Source of the DNA: Candidatus Micrarchaeota archaeon
GTDB lineage: Archaea; Micrarchaeota; Micrarchaeia; Anstonellales; J096
Assembly (NCBI GenBank): GCA_026982895.1
Contig: JALWQW010000003.1
Coordinates: forward strand, 10,063-74,062
DNA: 64,000 nt
Direction of reading: 5' to 3'
Both the position numbers and the translations under genes were made by a program. The number at the start of each line of letters is the position of its first letter. The stretch's first letter is position 1. The notes under the pieces were generated by a model, which saw nothing but the letters and a program-made list of their open reading frames with translations, ran no database searches and had not been told where the DNA came from. Shown in pieces: positions 58,053 through 64,000 of this stretch.

Positions 58053-58210
58053 ATATATTCGCTTATTTCCACCTCGATAAGCGTTAGTGAATAGTGGCAA
58101 TGTAAGGGGATATGTTTTTTAGTGTTAATAACTTATAGACGACCAATTAATCTTTTTAAATAACTTGTGTTCGAGGTTTAATTGGGCCAGTCCTGCCCGG
58201 AGGAATAGGA

Positions 58211-59290
58211 ATGGAAGATTTAATCAAGAATGTCCTGGGTGACAAGGGTAGTGAAAGCAGCCGTGATGACGGCGTTATGAGCAACGACCAGATAAAAATT
58301 GTAACCGTCGGTGTCGGTGGTGGTGGAAACAACACCATAAACCGTTTGATAAAGTTTGGCGTCAAGGGCTCTGATTTAGTAGCCATAAACACAGACCAGG
58401 AACACTTGAACATCATAAACGACAAGGCAAAGAAGGTGCTTATAGGAAAATCCATAACAAAAGGTTTAGGCGCTGGCGGCTTCCCTGAAATGGGTGAAAA
58501 AGCTGCTGAAGTTGATAAACCCCTTATTCGCGAAATTTTGGAAGGCGCCCAACTCGTATTCATATGTGCTGGTATGGGTGGTGGAACCGGTGGTGGTGCT
58601 GCCCCTGTTGTAGCTGAAGTAGCAAAGGAGATGGGTGCTATAACAATAGCAATGGTTACCTATCCATTCAAGCTCGAAAAGGCCCGCCGCAAGAAGGCTG
58701 ATGAGAGCATAAAGAAGCTCCGCAAATATGCAGATAGCGTAGTTATCTTAGATAACAACCGTTTGGTTGAGCTCTTCCCCAATCTTCGCATAACCGAGGC
58801 TTTCTCTGTCGCTGATGAGATTTTAGCTAGGGCTATTGGTGGCCTTGTTTGGACAATAACCCAGCCCAGCTTAATCAACATCGACTTCGCGGATGTGAGA
58901 AGCATTATGCAAGGTGGCGGCGTTGGCTTCATAGCTGTCGGTGAAGGTAGAGGTAATGAGAAGGTTAGACAAGCTGCTGAAGGTGTTGTCAAGAACCGTC
59001 TCTTGGATGTCGATTTCGAAGGGGCTAAAGGTGCTTTAATCCACATAACAGGTGGAACTGACTTAACCCTTGGCGATGCCATACAAGCTGGTGAGCACAT
59101 CACAGAGAAGATGGACCCTGACGCTAATGTCAAGTGGGGCGCTCGCATAATGGACAACTATGAAGGCAAGCTCGAGATTGTTGCCATCGTAAGCGGTGTT
59201 AAAGGCGCGAGTATAGCTGGGCAAGCTATGGAGCCGGAAGAGAGCACCCTTTATTTAAGCAGCTCGCCAACTGGCTTGGATACCCTCTGA
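58211..59290 (+). CDS. ftsZ: Cell division protein FtsZ
   Basis: GVGGGGNN, AINTD, GLGAGG.P, GMGGGTG, DNNRL, INIDFADV. Confidence 0.98.
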   Translation: MEDLIKNVLGDKGSESSRDDGVMSNDQIKIVTVGVGGGGNNTINRLIKFGVKGSDLVAINTDQEHLNIINDKAKKVLIGKSITKGLGAGGFPEMGEKAAEVDKPLIREILEGAQLVFICAGMGGGTGGGAAPVVAEVAKEMGAITIAMVTYPFKLEKARRKKADESIKKLRKYADSVVILDNNRLVELFPNLRITEAFSVADEILARAIGGLVWTITQPSLINIDFADVRSIMQGGGVGFIAVGEGRGNEKVRQAAEGVVKNRLLDVDFEGAKGALIHITGGTDLTLGDAIQAGEHITEKMDPDANVKWGARIMDNYEGKLEIVAIVSGVKGASIAGQAMEPEESTLYLSSSPTGLDTL

Positions 59291-59337
59291 TTTTCTTTTT
59301 TTACCTTTTTCTTTTGTTGGTTTTTACTTTTCCTTTG
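59291..59337 (+). terminator. Oligo-T archaeal terminator region after ftsZ
   Basis: Several T4-T7 runs immediately after the stop codon. Confidence 0.65.
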
Positions 59338-59417
59338 ATCTAGAGATGTTTATTTGAATTGGTAGGGTATGGGTTGAAAGGTTAATGTTTTAAACACTTC
59401 ACCACACAAATATAAAC

Positions 59418-59897
59418 ATGACACGAATAACCAAAGAGCAGAAAAGCAAGGGGAAGGACAAAGGCAAGCCCACCCTTCCAGAGGAGGCTTTCTCCGAAGA
59501 AAGGATTAGTAAACCTTTGCTTAAGCGCATTCCTGAAAAGATAGAGAACTTCGTGAGGATCACAGACGAGGATGAGATTAAGAGGATTGAGGAGAACATA
59601 GAAGCGAAGACACGCATAGCTGAGATGGCAGGATTTAAGCTCAGAAGAGTCCCAGGCAGCTGGTTGGTGACCTTCCCCCTTGAAGGAAAGGAAAAGATCA
59701 TATTCCAAGCCAACGAGAGTAGGACAGATAAGAACTCAAAGGTTATTGGCATCGAGCATGTAGAAGATAAATTGCTAATCTATATAAGGCAGGATTATTC
59801 CACTGGGCAGAAGTATTATTATGCCTTTCCCGCTGACCTAAATAAACGATTAAGGCCTTACGAGTATGTGGGCTGGGTAAACTTGGACATGCTCTAA
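59418..59897 (+). CDS. Hypothetical protein
   Basis: 159-aa charged ORF with a TTTTAAA box upstream; no family recognised. Confidence 0.6.
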   Translation: MTRITKEQKSKGKDKGKPTLPEEAFSEERISKPLLKRIPEKIENFVRITDEDEIKRIEENIEAKTRIAEMAGFKLRRVPGSWLVTFPLEGKEKIIFQANESRTDKNSKVIGIEHVEDKLLIYIRQDYSTGQKYYYAFPADLNKRLRPYEYVGWVNLDML

Positions 59898-59911
59898 CCC
59901 TTACCATTAAG

Positions 59912-62900
59912 CTAGCCTTCAAGGCAGAGTGCTTCCATCATTAACACGAGCATGGCCTTTTTATCCGCTTCTATGCTAAAGGGCTTCTGGAACTTCGAAA
60001 GGTTCTCAACTACCTTTTCATATAAACTCTTATCACCTTTCCAGGTCTCTATAATTTTGCTAGCCTTTCTCCTTATATCTGAGTTACTACCAAACCTTGA
60101 AAGCACCCATATCTCTCCTATAAATTCATCTTGCAATTCGAATCTCTCAATAAGTTCGAGACCACGTCTTACTATAGATTCCTTGCTTTTCAGCATCTTT
60201 CCTAGAATCAGGGCCATTCTTTCTTTCTCCTTTTTCGTCATATTCGAGTAGAGCTTTTTTGGCTCCTCGGCCCATCGCTCACCTAAAGCCTCCCTTACTC
60301 TTACCCGCACGCCTTCTGATCCATAGGTCTTCCAACCTCCATACCTCACAATCATCCAAAGAAGGGCCAATTCGGGGAAAAATTCTTCTTGAATTCCGCT
60401 CTCCTCGATGAACTCCACCACCGGTCGCATATAAGATTTATCCAGCTCTCCTTTGAATACCCTCATAAATACGTCTCTGAAATTCTCTTCGATGAGTTCT
60501 CTTTCTCCCTTACTTGCTTGCTTGTACACCTCTCTTGCTTCCTCTTTGTCTCCATACGCATACAATTCATAGGGGAGGAGTTCTTTTTCCAAACCCAACT
60601 CTTTTGCCATGCTTGACCCTAAGCCTCTAACCTCTTTTTTCTCACTGAGAAGGTACCTTCGCACTTTATTTTTTATTTCATCCTTCTCTTTACCTTCGAG
60701 CCCCATATAAATATCCTTCAGAGACTTTTTACCAAGCTCTTCATGGCTTTTCCAAGCCCATTCTCCTGCCCATGTTGTAAAGGAGAGGAAGATAAGCTCC
60801 CGAAGGAATTGCTTCTGCAGATGGAGCTCTCCTATCAAAAGAGCCCGTGTTGTGTTGGATGTCTCTGCACTACCGATGGTCTCTAAAATCTTCTTGGCCA
60901 GCTCAACATTCTCTCTCTTAACTACCTCCAGAGGCTCTTCATTCTTGCTAAGGTGCCAATCTCTCCAGTATACTAGAGTTTCGTGGACGGATGCCCTTAA
61001 AGAGTTCTTTCCTTCCCACTCTCTAGTTATTGCTATCTCTACTAATGAAGGAAGAATCCAATCTTGAAGGTCAAAGTCCATAGTGAGACGGAAGCCATGA
61101 TCTCTTGTTTTTGTTATTGGCGATTGGATATCCTTTTTTACCTCTTCTATAAGCTCTTGGGCTAACTTTGGCTCCTTCTCCATGATTATGTCTATGGGCC
61201 TCTTGCCTTTTTTGAGGAGCTCATCCTTCCAAGAAAGGAAATCTTCTCTTACATCTGCATCTCTTCTATCGAATTGAACAAACTCTGCCAAAAATTCCTC
61301 CTCTATACCCAAGGAACGGATAAGGGTAGCACCTATTTCATAATGTGTCCATCTTAAGCCCCCCTTTTCTTCCTGAGCCCAGGCTCTTATCCTCTTGATG
61401 ATTTCATCGGCTAACTTAGGATCCTCTTCCCTTACCACATCTATAAGCCTTCTCCCTTCCTCTTTCACTTCTTTGCCTACAGAAAAGAGTATCTCTCTCA
61501 AATTATTAAGGTCGCCTGAGTAGAGCTCCTCAACCTTGTCCGAAAGAAGAAATTCTAATATGTCTCTAAGCATTACTTTGCCCATGCCTAACTCTTTTAT
61601 TGCGAATATTGCTAGTTCTATATGCCTCTTTAGAACGGTTCCTTCTTTGCTCTCTTCCTTTAGCCACTTAGGTATCTTCTCCCTCATTTTCTCTTCGAAT
61701 AGGTCTTTGAAAGAAGTGCTGCGAATAAACCTGATAACATTTTTCCCTTTTTCTATATCGAGGCTCTCTAAATCGTTTATTAAGTTGATAATATCCTTTT
61801 GAAGGATTTCTGTCATGCCGAAGAGAAGAGCTAATTGAATGCCCCATTTTTGCTCCTTTACATCTTTGCTCATGAGGTGCCTCCTAACGTTCGCTGTTAG
61901 TTTCGCTAACAATTCTTTATCCTCTCCTTCCGAGAGCGCGTTGTAGAGAGTTTTTCCTTTAAGGCGCTCTTTCCACTCCTCGAAAGTCTTTATTATCAGA
62001 ATGTCGACGTTTCCCATATGGAATCTCTTCTCAAGTAATATCTCTACAAGCTCCCTAGCATACAGATCTTGAATACCCAAGTCATTAATTACCTTGAGAG
62101 TAGCAGAAGTCTTCTTCCAATCTGAATCCCTCCATTTCTTTATGTAGTCTTTTATTTTTGCTTTTACTCGCTCTTGCTCTTCACTGCTTAGCTGCTTGAA
62201 GAGTTCTTTTAAGTCTGAGCCATCGAAGGCCCCGGCTACAGCGAGCTCTGCAAAAAATTCCTTCCATAAACCTAAGGCCTGCACCATCTTTACTCCAACG
62301 GCTATTCGTTCATCTTCCAGTGTTCTTTGAAGAGGCGCGAAATAGTAACTCTCCAACCTCTCCTCGATTTTATTCATCAAATCACCATACCTTTCTCTTA
62401 TGATCTCTATGGGTTCTCTACCTTTACTCTTTGTTCTTTGACTCCACAAGAGAAGTCCCCCGATAAGAAGGTCTCTCGTCTCCTTTACATCCTCTTTCTC
62501 ATGTGCTTGTAGATCCTCGATAGTAAGGAAGGCATCGAGAACACTTCCAACGTTCTCGTCCCTGACCCCGAAATAGCTCACAACCCCAGCAGCCACTCGC
62601 TTTTTCCTTAAATTAATGCTCCGTAACCAGCCTTTCGTGAGCTCCAATAACTCTTCCCTCTCCTCTTCATGAAGAATCTTTTTCCATATCTCTTCTGGTG
62701 CCCTAACATAAAGCTCTGGCTCCTGGTCCCACATATAGTCTGCCTCCTCTCTTATGGGCACTAAAGAATCGTTTCTTAGAAGGATAAGCTCTGGGACAAG
62801 CTTCAGGTGGAGTCTAAACTTATCAATTGCTTGTAGGACAAACCATCTCTTAGCTTCTCTATTGGGGTATTCCTTAGACTCGTAGAAGTCATCTCTCTCC

Positions 62901-64000
62901 TCTATAATGAGGTTGCCATTCTCGGCATAACAAGGAATACAGCTGTGGCTCTTCGCCCATCTTTTCAATTTTCGTATTATTCTCTTTTTCTCCTCCTTAG
63001 GCAGGGCCTCATACATGGCAGCAGCACTGTCGTATCCTTCCCAGGCCCTTTTAAAGAGAGATTCGGCCGTTTCTCTCACCTTTTTGTCCCTTACTCCTTT
63101 GATATAGGGATAATCAGGGTAGTGGTCCCACGCTAATAACATGAGCTCGAGGAAGAAACGACTTTCCAATCCAAGAGTAGATATAGCCATAAGAGCTGCT
63201 TTGATGCCGTATCCCTTGTCTAATAGCTCCTCTGTTAATTCCACTACTCCTCGCTGGTCTTTCTTTGAGAAGGCGTTGAATATTTTCTCTGACGAATGGC
63301 CACCTGTATAGGTCTCTAGGAGGCTTTTGGCTCCTTCGCCTACACTTCCTTTCTTTTCTGGTGAGAAGCTAAGAAGGAAAAGATGAGAAAGAAATCTTCT
63401 CTCTACACCCAATTCTCTTATAACTGCTGGTAGATTTAGATCGCTCCTCCCCCTCATAAGCTCTTTCCATTCCTTGGTGATTTGGGCAATTATTCTTGCT
63501 TTTGTTTTGGGAGTTAGTTCTTTGTAAAGCTCTTCAGGACTTTTCATGGTCGATTTTAAAGCCTCTTCTGCTGCCTCTCGGAGCTCTTCATCTCTATACT
63601 TAATGACCATTAATTCAAAGAGATGCTCTTTCTGAACGTGTAATTCCTTGACGAGCTCTATGGCTTTCTTCTTTATTTGTTTATCTTCACCTCTAAGGAA
63701 GGTCTTTATTCCTGCTCTTACACGCTCCTTTTCATTCTCCTCTAACCTCTCGTAGAGCCCTCTCATTCCGTTAGGGTTTTTCCGAATAATAGCCTTAACT
63801 GCTTCTCTCATTTCTGGCTTGTCGCTCTCTTGAAGAGTGAGTAAGTCTAGTAGGAAATCGCTGAGGAGCTCCGTTCTCTCAAGGAATTTAAGGGCTGCCA
63901 ATGCATGGAGGGTATTACTGCTTAATAACTCTCTTCGTATGTAATTTTTCAGCTGTTCTTTTTTGTGTTTAGGAAGCCTGCGAATACCTTCTTTAATTCG
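59912..64000 (-). CDS. Giant alpha-helical repeat (HEAT/ARM-like solenoid) protein, 5' end outside window
   Basis: Frame open to position 64000 (RIKEGIRRLPKHKKEQLK...), giving more than 1360 aa. Degenerate repeats of roughly 60-70 aa: LY..L...EKE.I...I...L.S.....R..A..LI.ELGL...F..EL..L. Confidence 0.8.
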   Translation of the reverse strand, partial: RIKEGIRRLPKHKKEQLKNYIRRELLSSNTLHALAALKFLERTELLSDFLLDLLTLQESDKPEMREAVKAIIRKNPNGMRGLYERLEENEKERVRAGIKTFLRGEDKQIKKKAIELVKELHVQKEHLFELMVIKYRDEELREAAEEALKSTMKSPEELYKELTPKTKARIIAQITKEWKELMRGRSDLNLPAVIRELGVERRFLSHLFLLSFSPEKKGSVGEGAKSLLETYTGGHSSEKIFNAFSKKDQRGVVELTEELLDKGYGIKAALMAISTLGLESRFFLELMLLAWDHYPDYPYIKGVRDKKVRETAESLFKRAWEGYDSAAAMYEALPKEEKKRIIRKLKRWAKSHSCIPCYAENGNLIIEERDDFYESKEYPNREAKRWFVLQAIDKFRLHLKLVPELILLRNDSLVPIREEADYMWDQEPELYVRAPEEIWKKILHEEEREELLELTKGWLRSINLRKKRVAAGVVSYFGVRDENVGSVLDAFLTIEDLQAHEKEDVKETRDLLIGGLLLWSQRTKSKGREPIEIIRERYGDLMNKIEERLESYYFAPLQRTLEDERIAVGVKMVQALGLWKEFFAELAVAGAFDGSDLKELFKQLSSEEQERVKAKIKDYIKKWRDSDWKKTSATLKVINDLGIQDLYARELVEILLEKRFHMGNVDILIIKTFEEWKERLKGKTLYNALSEGEDKELLAKLTANVRRHLMSKDVKEQKWGIQLALLFGMTEILQKDIINLINDLESLDIEKGKNVIRFIRSTSFKDLFEEKMREKIPKWLKEESKEGTVLKRHIELAIFAIKELGMGKVMLRDILEFLLSDKVEELYSGDLNNLREILFSVGKEVKEEGRRLIDVVREEDPKLADEIIKRIRAWAQEEKGGLRWTHYEIGATLIRSLGIEEEFLAEFVQFDRRDADVREDFLSWKDELLKKGKRPIDIIMEKEPKLAQELIEEVKKDIQSPITKTRDHGFRLTMDFDLQDWILPSLVEIAITREWEGKNSLRASVHETLVYWRDWHLSKNEEPLEVVKRENVELAKKILETIGSAETSNTTRALLIGELHLQKQFLRELIFLSFTTWAGEWAWKSHEELGKKSLKDIYMGLEGKEKDEIKNKVRRYLLSEKKEVRGLGSSMAKELGLEKELLPYELYAYGDKEEAREVYKQASKGERELIEENFRDVFMRVFKGELDKSYMRPVVEFIEESGIQEEFFPELALLWMIVRYGGWKTYGSEGVRVRVREALGERWAEEPKKLYSNMTKKEKERMALILGKMLKSKESIVRRGLELIERFELQDEFIGEIWVLSRFGSNSDIRRKASKIIETWKGDKSLYEKVVENLSKFQKPFSIEADKKAMLVLMMEALCLEG

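Noticed and set aside
1..64000. CRISPR array, rRNA, IS element or provirus
   Set aside because: No regularly spaced repeats, rRNA-like tract, transposase, integrase or capsid motifs were noticed by eye.

Overview
Gene-dense, AT-rich archaeal chromosome segment with TBP, RpoF, aRF1, rpl21e, rpl14e, Cbf5, short XPF, GatCAB, FtsZ, type-2 IPP isomerase, geranylgeranyl reductase and one tRNA-Thr(CGT). Compact, divergent housekeeping genes, ADP-forming acyl-CoA synthetase, ribose-1,5-bisphosphate isomerase and many orphan genes suggest a DPANN archaeon, probably Micrarchaeota-like; this is inference, not a database result. No CRISPR array, rRNA, integrase or transposase was seen. Most notable: (1) a tightly packed six-gene membrane operon around a VirB4-like ATPase (39922-46940) with no relaxase or coupling protein, a candidate undescribed secretion or DNA-transfer machine; (2) a hydrophobic-N-terminus protein with two GGDEF-like palm domains (21040-22953); (3) Rqc2/RqcH split into two genes about 21 kb apart; (4) an orphan CbbQ/NorQ plus CbbO/NorD-like module; (5) a beta-carbonic anhydrase paralogue lacking two Zn ligands beside an intact copy; (6) an invasin-like Ig protein with a transglutaminase-like tip lying between fni and idsA. 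All family calls come from motif recognition by eye.
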